A stretch of DNA of 63,136 nt, filler included, from Stramenopiles sp. TOSAG23-3 (taxonomy: Eukaryota): the NCBI GenBank assembly GCA_900128585.1. It is 6 parts of 6 records of this genome, joined end to end, with 100 filler letters (N's around TTAATTAATTAA, not from the genome) between each part and the next. Parts side by side here need not be neighbours in the genome. Positions count along the whole stretch, not along the records: positions 14,870 to 29,636 come from LT642547.1; positions 29,737 to 44,452 come from LT642548.1; 4 more parts are not named here. One strand, 5' to 3'. The position numbers and the translations under genes are program-made. Below are positions 19,610 to 29,915 of this stretch, in pieces; position 1 is the first letter of the stretch; each line of letters opens with the position of its first letter. The notes beneath the pieces were generated by a model, which saw only the letters and a list, made by a program, of their open reading frames with translations, was not told the DNA's origin and searched no databases.

Positions 19610-22075
19610 ATGAAATTGCGATTAGTATTTTCCCTTGGAATTCACAGTAATGGCTTGAAGCTTTTCCGTATTTGGCTGGCCATTCTGACGATTCTTGAAG
19701 GCATTAAACTTGGTACAATACATTCTTTGATGATTGTGTCTGAGCATCGACTTTTTGAGATGCAGTGGCATATTTGGCATGGAGATAATTCAAGAATAAA
19801 TCTTTTTCAAGCGTCCTCGTCTCATCTATGGCCAACAATATTAATATCACTTTACATTTACTGCGGAATACGATTGTTTCAAGAAGCTGGTGGCTGCGCG
19901 CAATGGGTATCATGGACGTTGTTCTTTTTGAAAAACTCTATCAATGCACAAGTAAGCCACTGCTGCAGCACGGGTGATATCTTTCTCGGGGTGCTCTTTT
20001 TCATGAACGTGTACTTTCCCAAGGACCTGAGAGGGGAAGGCAAATGGCATTATACACCAACAACAGCGTGTTATTACATTATCGTGATTACGCTGTACGT
20101 TTTTGCTGGTTTCCACAAACTGTTTGATGTAGATTGGACGAGTGGAGAGGCTTTGCAGTTAATATTTTTCAATAGTTACAGCAACGAAGTGGGGTTATTT
20201 TTGGCAGAAAACTATCCAACCTTATGCATGTGTCTTACTCACTCTACTTTTGTATTGGAAATGATCGTTCCGTTTCTGTTACTAGATAGGCGAACCCGGT
20301 TGTTTGCAACTGTGAGTCTGATTGCTTTTCATTTTGGTATATCTTTAACGATGGCAATCGAAAACTTTCCGTACATTTCTATTTGCTCGCTTGTGGTTTT
20401 TTTGCCTCCATTGAGCAAATTGACGTGGACGGGATCCGCCGGAGACGCTTTGGAAATCAAAGATGATGCAGACTGGAGGGAATTTGAGGGCGAAAATTCA
20501 CCGGGGAAGGTAAGTGATAATTCAACAAAGGATGAAAGAAAGAGGGAAAGAAAACGGTCAAAGACACCCGCACGCAAACGTCCCAAGCGTTATGTTGACC
20601 ACGACGTGGCAGTGAAGAGCCCCGAAGTTGCTTTTGGTGAAAGTAATGATTTCAGCAAACAGGGGATATATGCTGAGAATTCAGAGCAGATGCGTTGGTC
20701 TGTGGCAACAGTTTGCATCCCAGCATTTTACACATTATTGTTCTTGTTGTCAGCGTGTAGTAACCTGTACGAGAAAAAAATTTACCACGTTCTGTCTGAT
20801 GAGCTAAAGGATGAACTACCTTTAAAAAGTCCATTTTTTGTAAATGTGAAACGGCTGATTAATCTAATTGACGTGCCTGGTTATTGGGGAGTTTTTACCA
20901 GCGATACCAATGTTAAGACACGCAAAGGATCCCGTACGGTTACATGGACAATCATGCCGGGAAAGCTTTGTGCTAAACAAACGGGGCGTGCGAACGGGAA
21001 AGCAGCGGGTGGTGACGCCTTTGAACCGCAATGTCGATGGGTAGACTTAAAATACAGTTTGGGCAGTGTTGGACTGAGCGAAAGCATATTTCCGCCCGTG
21101 TTGCATAAGTTTTTTAGGAACCTGTGGCTTCCTGCCCACAAATATTTCACGGTTTTTTCGGAGATCACTGCGGTCCCCTCTAGTTGGTCGATGGCTTCTG
21201 ATATCTCGAACAAGATTAGCCCTTCTGGAATGGTGTTGCCAAGTATAAAATATGGGCTCGGAAATACTGCATTTCAACACGTAAATGGGTACGCTTCAAA
21301 CAAGTGGTTCAAGTTTGTGAATGGCTGGGGCTATAAAAGTTACTACCGAGAAAAGTTGGCACGGTACATTTGTAAGCGATTGAACAAAATGGTTTCGACT
21401 GTAAATGGGGTGGAGTATGTTTTTACGATGCCAACAATAGAATTTGTCACGCAATGGCAATCCATCAATTATAATAACAGATCCATTCGGTTCATAGAGC
21501 GAGGCTGTGAAAATACTCATGGACGTTTGGTGTGGAGGTGGGGCTGCAACAGCAACCAAATGTATGACACAGACAATCACATCTTCCATAATAAGTGCTA
21601 CAACAATGACGCAGAAGAATATGTCGATGATAATAGGGGGAAAGAATTAGGCTTGGGGTCAAACAAGCAGGAAACCTCGGTCGAAAGAGAAACGCCGACT
21701 GAACAATTGCCCGAAGACTCCGTTCATCAAGATATTGACGAAGAAGACATCGATGATGATGCAGATCTCGTTCCGTTTGCTGACATGGAAGAAGGTGGTG
21801 ACGACGACGACGACGATGATGACGACGAGGGGGAAGCGTGTAAAAGTCATTGCGGCTGGAAGAAAGACTACAATGAGCTAGTAGATGATTTTTATGACTC
21901 TGAAGATGATGAATTGCTGGTTGATGACATTGAATTCGATTCCGATGATGACGACAAAGATATTCCTGCAGATGGAACAGAAGTTGGGGTTATTCCGGAG
22001 GAAGAGGACTGCCGCAAGAAGCGTTGCTCCTTTGAAGAGGTTGTATCGACATGGGATAAGGGGGAGACTTGGTGA
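19610..22075 (+). CDS. HTTM-domain membrane protein with a long acidic C-terminus
   Basis: The first ATG is at 19610. LKLFRIWLAI, LYVFAGFHKL..DWTSGEAL and LTHSTFVLEMIVPFLLL..TRLFATVSLIAFHFGISLTMAIENFPYISICSLVVFLP fit the HTTM / vitamin-K carboxylase N-terminal-like pattern. Confidence 0.82.
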   Translation: MKLRLVFSLGIHSNGLKLFRIWLAILTILEGIKLGTIHSLMIVSEHRLFEMQWHIWHGDNSRINLFQASSSHLWPTILISLYIYCGIRLFQEAGGCAQWVSWTLFFLKNSINAQVSHCCSTGDIFLGVLFFMNVYFPKDLRGEGKWHYTPTTACYYIIVITLYVFAGFHKLFDVDWTSGEALQLIFFNSYSNEVGLFLAENYPTLCMCLTHSTFVLEMIVPFLLLDRRTRLFATVSLIAFHFGISLTMAIENFPYISICSLVVFLPPLSKLTWTGSAGDALEIKDDADWREFEGENSPGKVSDNSTKDERKRERKRSKTPARKRPKRYVDHDVAVKSPEVAFGESNDFSKQGIYAENSEQMRWSVATVCIPAFYTLLFLLSACSNLYEKKIYHVLSDELKDELPLKSPFFVNVKRLINLIDVPGYWGVFTSDTNVKTRKGSRTVTWTIMPGKLCAKQTGRANGKAAGGDAFEPQCRWVDLKYSLGSVGLSESIFPPVLHKFFRNLWLPAHKYFTVFSEITAVPSSWSMASDISNKISPSGMVLPSIKYGLGNTAFQHVNGYASNKWFKFVNGWGYKSYYREKLARYICKRLNKMVSTVNGVEYVFTMPTIEFVTQWQSINYNNRSIRFIERGCENTHGRLVWRWGCNSNQMYDTDNHIFHNKCYNNDAEEYVDDNRGKELGLGSNKQETSVERETPTEQLPEDSVHQDIDEEDIDDDADLVPFADMEEGGDDDDDDDDDEGEACKSHCGWKKDYNELVDDFYDSEDDELLVDDIEFDSDDDDKDIPADGTEVGVIPEEEDCRKKRCSFEEVVSTWDKGETW

Positions 22076-22105
22076 GCTATGGTTAAATTTGTGGGTGAAT
22101 CTTCT

Positions 22106-22188
22106 TAAAGAAACTAAAAACAAGAAAATTGGCTGTTATTTAAGTAATTAAATTTAGCTTCCTCATACCCTAATCCTAAAGAAACTAA
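22106..22188 (-). mobile_element. T-tailed short element with a 12-bp flanking direct repeat (TAAAGAAACTAA)
   Basis: The direct repeat is at 22106-22117 and 22177-22188. The body is identical to 7491-7553 at 62 of 63 nt, and lies about 40 bp after the 22075 stop. Confidence 0.82.
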
Positions 22189-22330
22189 GTTGTTTTTCTC
22201 TAAAGCATACGAGCTCGTGGATATAAGAAAAACATTTGCTCATTTTCATAAAAAATTCATATTTTTGGTTCTTGAACGTGTTGACGCCCTTTTTTCTTGT
22301 TATACAGTACTTTTAAATGCCTAAATAAAA

Positions 22331-22410
22331 ATACAAGAAAATTGGCTGTTATTTTATAACAGGCATTGTTTTGTTTTCAAAACAAGACTGAACTTCCTGG
22401 TGTAAATTCA
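22331..22410. mobile_element. Degenerate nested copies of the T-tailed element
   Basis: ACAAGAAAATTGGCTGTTATTT is followed by an inverted degenerate end (ATAACAGGCATTGTTTTGTTTT), then ACTGAACTTCCTGGTGTAAATTC, which resembles 1284-1307. Confidence 0.6.
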
Positions 22411-22411
22411 G

Positions 22412-25300
22412 TCACTCTTCCCCACCGAATAATTCAGAAGTGAATGCGTTGACCATTCCTGGCGACACAATCGGGCTGAAAAAATCGGAGCGACAAATTT
22501 TGTACACGTCTCGGTACACTTCTGAACTGGCAACAATTTCGAATAAAGTTGGTTTCTCTTTTGCAATCCTTATGGCACAGTCCAACCGCATTCTAAAGCG
22601 CATTCCGAAGGGGTGCAAAAGGCCCAAGCTTGGCAAAATAAGAGGGAGGACTTCGTACAGTGTCTCTTTTTCTTTGTCTAACCTTTTAAGAGAGCTGACT
22701 ATTTCACTCGGCGGGACATTAGTTTGCATGTCCCAAAAATGCCACGGCTCGTTGTCGAAGCGATCAAGTCGAAGCGATGCCAACTCGTTCGGGTCATACG
22801 GCTGGTTGTACAACGCCGGTTCTCGCAGTTTGCCTGACCCGCTGCGCAAGAGGCAACCACCTTTCGGACCGATGCTGCCGACACAGGCCAGGAGCATGTC
22901 GCATACGCTGCCGTACCCCTCCACTTTTCCACGCCCTGCAACGCACGTTCCACCCAAGGATTTTTTCAATTCACGGCGAATGATTGCAGTAAACTTTGCG
23001 TTGTTGTCGACCCCAAGGTTGTAATCGGATGCAACAGCTTCATCAACGGCACCGGGCAACAGTCCGTTGATTTTCTCCCCAAATTTCATTTTCAAGAATT
23101 TCCGTATTTTCGCCCTGGGTCTGTACTCCCATGGCTCATCGGCTACTAGAGCAACAGTGGGAACTTCCCACGCTTTGGCAAATCCTTCCAAGCGCGTTTG
23201 GCAGTACTGCAGAATTTTTGCGCTATCCCAGCTCGCGTGTTCAGCCGACAACCAAACAACTACTGCAATCGATTCCGTCCGTTCGCTTCCGAACACGGCG
23301 GCTGTCTCGATAACAGTTTGATCGCTTTCAATGGCCCGCTCAATCTGCCCCGTGCGAACCCACTTGCTCCCCAACAAGGTGAAAGGGCAGGTCGTTTTGT
23401 CAATCATTGATATCTTCGAACCTTCCACGTCATGGGGCACCCCGTTGACAATTTCCACAATGTCTCGGGTGTGAAGATAAATTCTTCCGTGCTTTTTAAA
23501 GTAACGTTTTTTATTGAAATGTTTTTCGGGGTGCAAACTAGTGGCTCGGGTCGACAACAACAACTCCCCCTTGCCGTCCTCCTTCTTGTAAGGGCCGAAA
23601 CTCTCCAAGTACCAATCTACAACGTTTTCCTGGTGAAACGAGTAGATATTTTTGGCCCCCACTCCGATTTCCCAGCTTTCGTAGCTGCCCCAGCCTTCTT
23701 CGACTTCAGAGCAATGGCCAGTTTCGACCAAAAATTTCTCAACCAGTGGGTTGGGTGCTCCACCCCCGGTAAAGCACCATCTTAACCTGCTGCTCTGAAA
23801 AATCAAAACGTCTTTCCGTTTCAAGACCTTGGCTTTTAAATTATATTCTTCAAAAATTTGGCGTAGTTGAACAGGGCTACCGACAAGAAGGTTGGTTTGG
23901 GCGGTATAGGACAGCATTTCACCCCGTGCAAAATTATGCACCGGGTTTATGTAGACGACTCCAAGCAAAATATTTGAGAACAGTTCCGTTGTATCGCCAG
24001 ACGAGAGAGGGAACAGCCTTAAACTCATCATGGTCTCCCGAGGTGCTCCCGGATACGTTCGCAGCGATTTTACTTTAGATACAATTTCCTTTGTATTTAT
24101 TTGCGAATATCGATAATTTACAAACTCGGCTTTTCCTTGCGGATTGGTCCTTGCCACAAAGTATTGTCCCATGGTTTTGTGGGGTTTAAAGGGCTTCAAC
24201 GGTTGACGGTTGCACTTGTATTTACTTCCACTGTTTCTGACTACTTCTGTCAAGTACCCGGTCCTTATCCGTCCCTGGTTTGTTCTTTGCCCGTCTTTGC
24301 CTTCTTCTATACCACATATTATTGGCGGTTGGTTCGGGCCATCTGCAAGCGACAAAAGAACAACATTGCTCACATGCTTGGGTAAGGACACAAGTGTGCT
24401 GCATGCCTCTTCGATATAGCTCTGGGGAACCAATAATACCAGGTGCTTCAACTGTTGCAACTCGGAAGAAACGTACGGGATCGTCTGTTCTATGCCAAGG
24501 TAATTTATCATCAGAAACATGTTAAAGTTTCCCATAAAGCCTGCAAGAAACAAATTGAAATACTTGTTGCCTTTCAGCGTGCCAAATACAACAACAAGGT
24601 GGGCTTCGCTTTGGTCTCTTGGTATGCCATATCTGGACTCCAGCGCATGGATAATTCCGCATACTTGAAAATTGGTTTCTTTACCGGTTTGGGCGCTAAA
24701 GTACGCTCGATCACTGCCACCACTTGAGAAGCTGGTTTCGTCCACTGTGACGATGATGGGACGATCCGGATAAGTGGATAGAAGAGCGTGGCTTAGGGCA
24801 TGGCCAGGCGACTGCTGGAACTTTGCTACTACTCTTGCAAGCTGTAACCGGCGTTTCTTTACCTTTGACTTCGACCTAATCATAACGTCTAGCAAATTAA
24901 CAATTTCAAGGCGGTGTGGCTCTGAAATGTAAATTTGAGCACACACCTCTCCCTTTCTTTCTCGCTTCAACAAGACTGGGCAGTCAAAAGGGCTGCCAAG
25001 GAGTATACCATTCTGTCGTTTTGATGCTACATAGACTGGCGCACCATCTGTGAAATGTTTGAACTTTCCTGGCTTTGTGCTACCGACAAGCAGTTTGGCC
25101 TTGTGGAAGACGAAGTGCTCGTCCTCGGCCAACGACGCTTCGATCTCTATTTTTGTTTTGTGGCGCCGAAGCGTTTCCCTTGCAGAAAAAAAAGCAAAAA
25201 ACGAATAGCACACTACGACGCAAAGTGCTAGCCTAATTGAACAATATTTTTTTGCCATGGTAGGGCAAAACCATTTCGCATCATCGATCGTTCGCTTCAT
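22412..25300 (-). CDS. Membrane-anchored, divergent adenylate-forming (CAR / long-chain acyl-CoA synthetase-like) protein
   Basis: ATG at 25300 (alternative 25258) and an N-terminal TM helix. Motifs are collinear with ANL-family A domains: TYPDRPII, RTYPGAPRE (A3 position), FTGGGAP, EGWGSYE (A5), KGELLL (A6), YLHTRDIV (A7) and IDKTTCPFTLLGSKWVRTGQIE (A8). Confidence 0.7.
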   Translation of the reverse strand: MKRTIDDAKWFCPTMAKKYCSIRLALCVVVCYSFFAFFSARETLRRHKTKIEIEASLAEDEHFVFHKAKLLVGSTKPGKFKHFTDGAPVYVASKRQNGILLGSPFDCPVLLKRERKGEVCAQIYISEPHRLEIVNLLDVMIRSKSKVKKRRLQLARVVAKFQQSPGHALSHALLSTYPDRPIIVTVDETSFSSGGSDRAYFSAQTGKETNFQVCGIIHALESRYGIPRDQSEAHLVVVFGTLKGNKYFNLFLAGFMGNFNMFLMINYLGIEQTIPYVSSELQQLKHLVLLVPQSYIEEACSTLVSLPKHVSNVVLLSLADGPNQPPIICGIEEGKDGQRTNQGRIRTGYLTEVVRNSGSKYKCNRQPLKPFKPHKTMGQYFVARTNPQGKAEFVNYRYSQINTKEIVSKVKSLRTYPGAPRETMMSLRLFPLSSGDTTELFSNILLGVVYINPVHNFARGEMLSYTAQTNLLVGSPVQLRQIFEEYNLKAKVLKRKDVLIFQSSRLRWCFTGGGAPNPLVEKFLVETGHCSEVEEGWGSYESWEIGVGAKNIYSFHQENVVDWYLESFGPYKKEDGKGELLLSTRATSLHPEKHFNKKRYFKKHGRIYLHTRDIVEIVNGVPHDVEGSKISMIDKTTCPFTLLGSKWVRTGQIERAIESDQTVIETAAVFGSERTESIAVVVWLSAEHASWDSAKILQYCQTRLEGFAKAWEVPTVALVADEPWEYRPRAKIRKFLKMKFGEKINGLLPGAVDEAVASDYNLGVDNNAKFTAIIRRELKKSLGGTCVAGRGKVEGYGSVCDMLLACVGSIGPKGGCLLRSGSGKLREPALYNQPYDPNELASLRLDRFDNEPWHFWDMQTNVPPSEIVSSLKRLDKEKETLYEVLPLILPSLGLLHPFGMRFRMRLDCAIRIAKEKPTLFEIVASSEVYRDVYKICRSDFFSPIVSPGMVNAFTSELFGGEE

Positions 25301-26239
25301 CGTGCCGACCGGACGGGGAAGAGACAGTCGGACACCCAAACGGCTAAGCGCGTCACGTCACGCCCAGCAGCAACACGAAAAATGAAAAGAAATATGGTAT
25401 ATATATTGTACCAATCGTCTAAATCGGCGGAACAACCTATCGCGTGAATACTTACATACACCCTTTTTTCTAATAAATGCTTGAATACGTTAGACTAGTA
25501 GTAGGAGGAGGTATATTATAATTTAAATACAAAGTGTACTTCAACATTTTCTTTATAAAATATTGTACCACCACCACCACCACCAAAAAAAAAGTGTAAT
25601 AAATAATTCTTAATCTGAATGGATAAATGCACAGAAGAAGAAGGCAGGTTCTTTTTTTTTTTGTTGCTGAACCTCTTTCTTTTACTTAAACTATTTATTA
25701 GACTACTATTTTACTATTATAAATATTATACTATTTAATACCTTGGTATTACTATATAAAAATTAAAAAAATGTGCTGAATTTTTTTTTATCCGGTTATA
25801 TTTTTTTATGCCTTCTTCAATAGTCGTCTATATTTTATGCCTATAGTATTTCTATGTTATTAAAGCTCCCTTTAATATTCCAAAAATAAATAAATAAACA
25901 ACAACAAAGAAAAAACAGGAAACAGGGAACAGCAAACAGCAAAGAAAAGAAAAAGAAGAAGAACGCCGACGAGGGAGAGAGGAGAAGAAGAAGAAAAAAA
26001 AGAACAACAAAGAAGAAGAAGACGGCCGACAAACAAACGATCTCGCCTCCAAACTAAATGTATTAGGAGTCGAAGGATCATGTAAGGAAAGAGAAAAGCA
26101 TACGAAGGAAATAAACCATTTAGGTATAGAATATTTCATCGTTGAGGATTCTTTTAGTGTACACTTAGCATTGGTAAATAAGATAGTAGTAGAACGAACG
26201 GGACTTGGCAGGTTTTTTATTGATTTTTCCCTGGCTGCC

Positions 26240-28424
26240 ATGGAGACGTACCCAAAAATATTGCTGGCGAAGCGAGCGTCCGGGCCAAAGAAACCTCCGC
26301 CCCTGATCGGTATACTTGCAAGTTCTGCCATCCAACCACTTCTGCGTCCATCGCATATTAAAAAAACTGTCATACTGCCGGTAGTCAGTAAAGTAAAACA
26401 CAAGAAAAAGGCAAAGTCCACTTACGTTGTGTGCGCTTCGAGACCAAAGGTCACTCCCAACCGTTTGTCAACTAACAGTGTATGTGTACCACCGCCTAGG
26501 TCAAATACAGCGACGAGGGAGAATAAAGAAGAATGCAAAACGATAACGCCACGAAAGGCCACCACTGTCGTCCCCCCCGAGGTTTTCCCCCAAAGCAATG
26601 AAGATAGACCTAAAAGTAGAGATAAAAATAGAAGTTATAGAGTAGGCCCAGCGCCTTGTGCCCCACCAATCCCAGGCCCTGACAGCAAGAGCGCTGCGGC
26701 CGTTGTGCCGGCTCCGCCTGTGGTAGAGGAGGAGGAGGCTTTCCCAGCCTTGTTGAAGACGAACGTGTTCGTCGCGGGCGGGGGGCCGGCAGGCATGGGC
26801 ATCCTTGTGCGGCTAGAGAGAGAAGGAATATTAGAAAAGATATGCGCGGAAAAGAATGGGTTTGCGGACGAAGTTCCTTTGATCTTGGTTGAACGGTCTA
26901 ACATCGACGGCCTGGGCCGAGGCAAACTTGGTCGGTATCTGTGCCCCAGCAACACTTCCGCTGCGTGCTTTGTTAAGAACGTCAGCCGAGACGGCATCGA
27001 CGGGGCAACCCCCGGGAAAATATTGGCGGAATCGGAAACGACAGGGGTGGCGGCAGCACTTTTGAGGTGCGGCCCAGACGCAGCAGATCTGACTCAGGTA
27101 GGCCAGTACTTGAGCACAACCTCTCAGAACTTGGTTGGCGCGCGATTCGGGCGCCTTGAAAATCGCACGGAGAAGCGTGCCCTGCTGTTTGTCAGCACGT
27201 CCATCGACGGTGTCGAACTATTAAAAGATGGGACGTTCAAAATATCCTGTACAGTTACAAAATCGTGCGCGCGATCGTCTCGAAAAATGACGGTGATCGC
27301 AAAAAAGCTCTTGTGCGCCCTCGGGGGAACGCCCTACTTTCCATGCAATATTCAGAAATCTATCGATGAACACGTGCAACTAATTAACAAGCGGAGGAAG
27401 CCCGTCCGGGGAATGCCGTCTTGCCCGAAACAGAAGCAAAAGCCCCCGCTAGTATTGTCCGGGGATGAAGTATTGTGCAAGGAGGGGGTCAAGGCCGTGT
27501 TCGGCCGCCTTGGCGGCAAAAGCGAGTCAAGCAACAAGGACGCGCTGGGCGGTCCGCGCGTTGTCATCGTCGGCGGGAGCCACACCGCGTTGGCGACCGC
27601 GTACGTGCTGCTGAAGGCATCGGGGGGGGGACGAGCGGATGGTAAATATCATAGAAAGCGATCCCGTCGACTCGAAAGCGGGCGCTCAAGATGCTGGCGA
27701 CAACAAGAAGACTAACAAATTGTACTCTTTCAAAGGGGGGGACATTGTAATTGTCCACCGGAGTTCGTTGTCACTGTTTTTCCACTCTGTTGATAATGCC
27801 AAGCGCGCCGGGTTCACGGTGTCCCCGGGGCAGATCAGCAAAAAGAACAGGGTCAATCCGCACGGGGGCCTTCGCGGCCCGGCGCGAAATTTAGCCATAA
27901 AAATAAAAAATGGGAGGGAAGGGAGGGCCAAATTTTTGCTTTGCAAGCAAGAGGAAGGCCTTTTAAAACATTTGGAAAAATTGAATCCGGTGGTAATCGT
28001 CTATGCAACTGGGTACAGTGCAAACTTGAACAACGTCCCGTTTTTGCTCGGTGGCGGAAGCAGTGCAATTGAGTTGAAGACCAACCGAGTTAAATCTGTG
28101 CAAATATCAGACAACGGAGAATTGTTGCGAAGGGTGAACGCGGACTCCTACGAGCCAATACAAAATTGTTTCTCGGTGGGCTTAGGAACGGCTTACCCGA
28201 CGGATCACCCTGCCGTTGAAGGGGAGAAAGGTAACGATAGGAAAAGTGCAGACGGGGTCAATCTTTACCAAAATGGTTTCGCCAAGTTTTTGATTCCAAA
28301 GCTGTGGCCGGAGTACTCGCGGTTCCGTCCAACGCCTCCTGAAGTGCCCGAAAACCCCAAGGACGAAAGCGTGGCCGTCAAAAGTTCCGATGCACCAGAA
28401 ATAGGACAGAGTGTCCCGGCTTGA
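26240..28424 (+). CDS. FAD/NAD(P)-dependent oxidoreductase (pyridine nucleotide-disulphide superfamily-like), split by one extra G in the G9 run at 27622-27630
   Basis: VFVAGGGPAG, GKLGRY..PSNT and VVIVGGSHTA lie in the first frame; HGGLRG, YATGY, SVGLG and DGVNLYQN lie in the second. Removing one G gives ...KASGGDERMVNII... in a single frame. Confidence 0.78.
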
Positions 28425-28634
28425 AAGCTTTCGCAGGGGTATTTTTTTTTTGAAACTGCCTGCATCGTTTATCATACATTTGACTTACATTTGAACTTAC
28501 TGGAAGGAGGATAAATTAATAAGATAAACAGGCGATAATAAGTAGATTATTTAATAAAATATATTATACCACATTACATTTTATATATACACAGCAAAGA
28601 AAACGAAGAAAGGCTTCGATTTGCAATTGACGAC

Positions 28635-29121
28635 TATCTTTGGCGCGGAATTGAAAAATGGGAAAGGATTTTGTGTTAACTATTTAAAACGAATAGATCT
28701 TTACGAAAAAAACATAATTTTTGCAATTTTAAGCAGTCAAAAGTGGTTTGAGATATATAAAATCATGCCGGTCCTGTTCGTTTTGCCAATGCCAACAAAT
28801 GAACAAGTAGTTGTTTGGGTGGCGTTTGGTACAAATCGTCAATTTCACATAAAATTGTCCCTTGGAACTGTAATTCCAAGTCAATTGAAGGCAAACAATT
28901 TATAAACGTTCGTAGACGGTCGCACATGGAAAGCGGAACAGTTGCATGATCTAAACTTATGCAGTTAGGCATCTCCCTTGCTTTAATTTGTCGTGATCGT
29001 TCAAAGTGCTTCCATACTTTAAAATTCGAGTCGGATTTTTTTTCGCGCCAAGGACACTGAACACTTTATCAAACAGGTGTCTACGATGGCATTTTACTTA
29101 AAAAAAAAGTACGACGGTCGT
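28635..29121. repeat. Dispersed repeat of about 487 bp, copy 1
   Basis: Essentially collinear alignment to 36835-37321, from TATCTTTGGCGCGGAATTGAAAAATGG to ...ACGGTCGT. Confidence 0.9.
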
Positions 29122-29154
29122 CTTTTCTATTTTTTTAAGAAAGTGGTGTTTTGT

Positions 29155-29520
29155 TATTTTTTGTTGTAAGTTCTTGTCGAGTTAATAAATTTCTTTCATA
29201 TTTATAGCGAAGAGAAATGTAATATTTAAAAAGATATGCTGTGTCTATGTAAAATACTCAATGTAAAAACAAAAAGAAAGAAACAAAGAAATTGCAAAAG
29301 AACAATTGTTGTTGTTTCCTTTTTTAGTTTTTTTAGTGCTGTGTATATGTACTTTTCTTTTACCGAAGTTCATTTTTTGTTGTAAGTCTGTGTTGAGAAA
29401 AATTTCCTTCATATTTTGCATCAAAGAGAAATGCTAAATTAATTTAAAAGATGCTGTGTTAAGGTAAACAACTAATTGTAAATACAAAACAAACAAACAA
29501 ACAAAAAAGCATTGCTGTTG
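29155..29520. repeat. Degenerate tandem duplication, period about 215 bp
   Basis: TTTTTGTTGTAAGT...AATTTCYTTCATATTT...AAGAGAAATG...TTTAAAAGAT..GCTGTGT...TGTAAA occurs near 29157 and again near 29373. Confidence 0.75.
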
Positions 29521-29636
29521 GTTGGAACAGAAAACAGATAAAAACCATTGCATTTAGTTATTGTTGATTGCACGATTAGTGCACAGGGGGGGGGTGTGTG
29601 TGTCGATAAAATTTCATTTTTTTACCAACTTGTTTA

Positions 29637-29736
29637 NNNNNNNNNNNNNNNNNNNNNNNNNNNNNNNNNNNNNNNNNNNNTTAATTAATTAANNNNNNNN
29701 NNNNNNNNNNNNNNNNNNNNNNNNNNNNNNNNNNNN
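29637..29736. other. Artificial contig-joining spacer
   Basis: N44-TTAATTAATTAA-N44. Confidence 0.97.
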
Positions 29737-29915
29737 AGGAAGTTGAAGTTGAATGAATGAATATATAATATAGAACAAGATGGAAGGAATATAATTAAAA
29801 TGGATTGTGTTTAATGATGAACAAAATTAGTAACGAAAGGAAACAAGGCGTATTTGGCTACTGTTCCTAAAAGGTTTGGGTGTTACTTTTATCTTTATTT
29901 TTTTTACCGGAAAGT

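Noticed and set aside
28638-29050. E2F sites (TTTGGCGC, TTTCGCGC)
   Set aside because: They match the consensus but lie inside a dispersed repeat next to gene 3' ends, and are better explained as the repeat's inverted motif.
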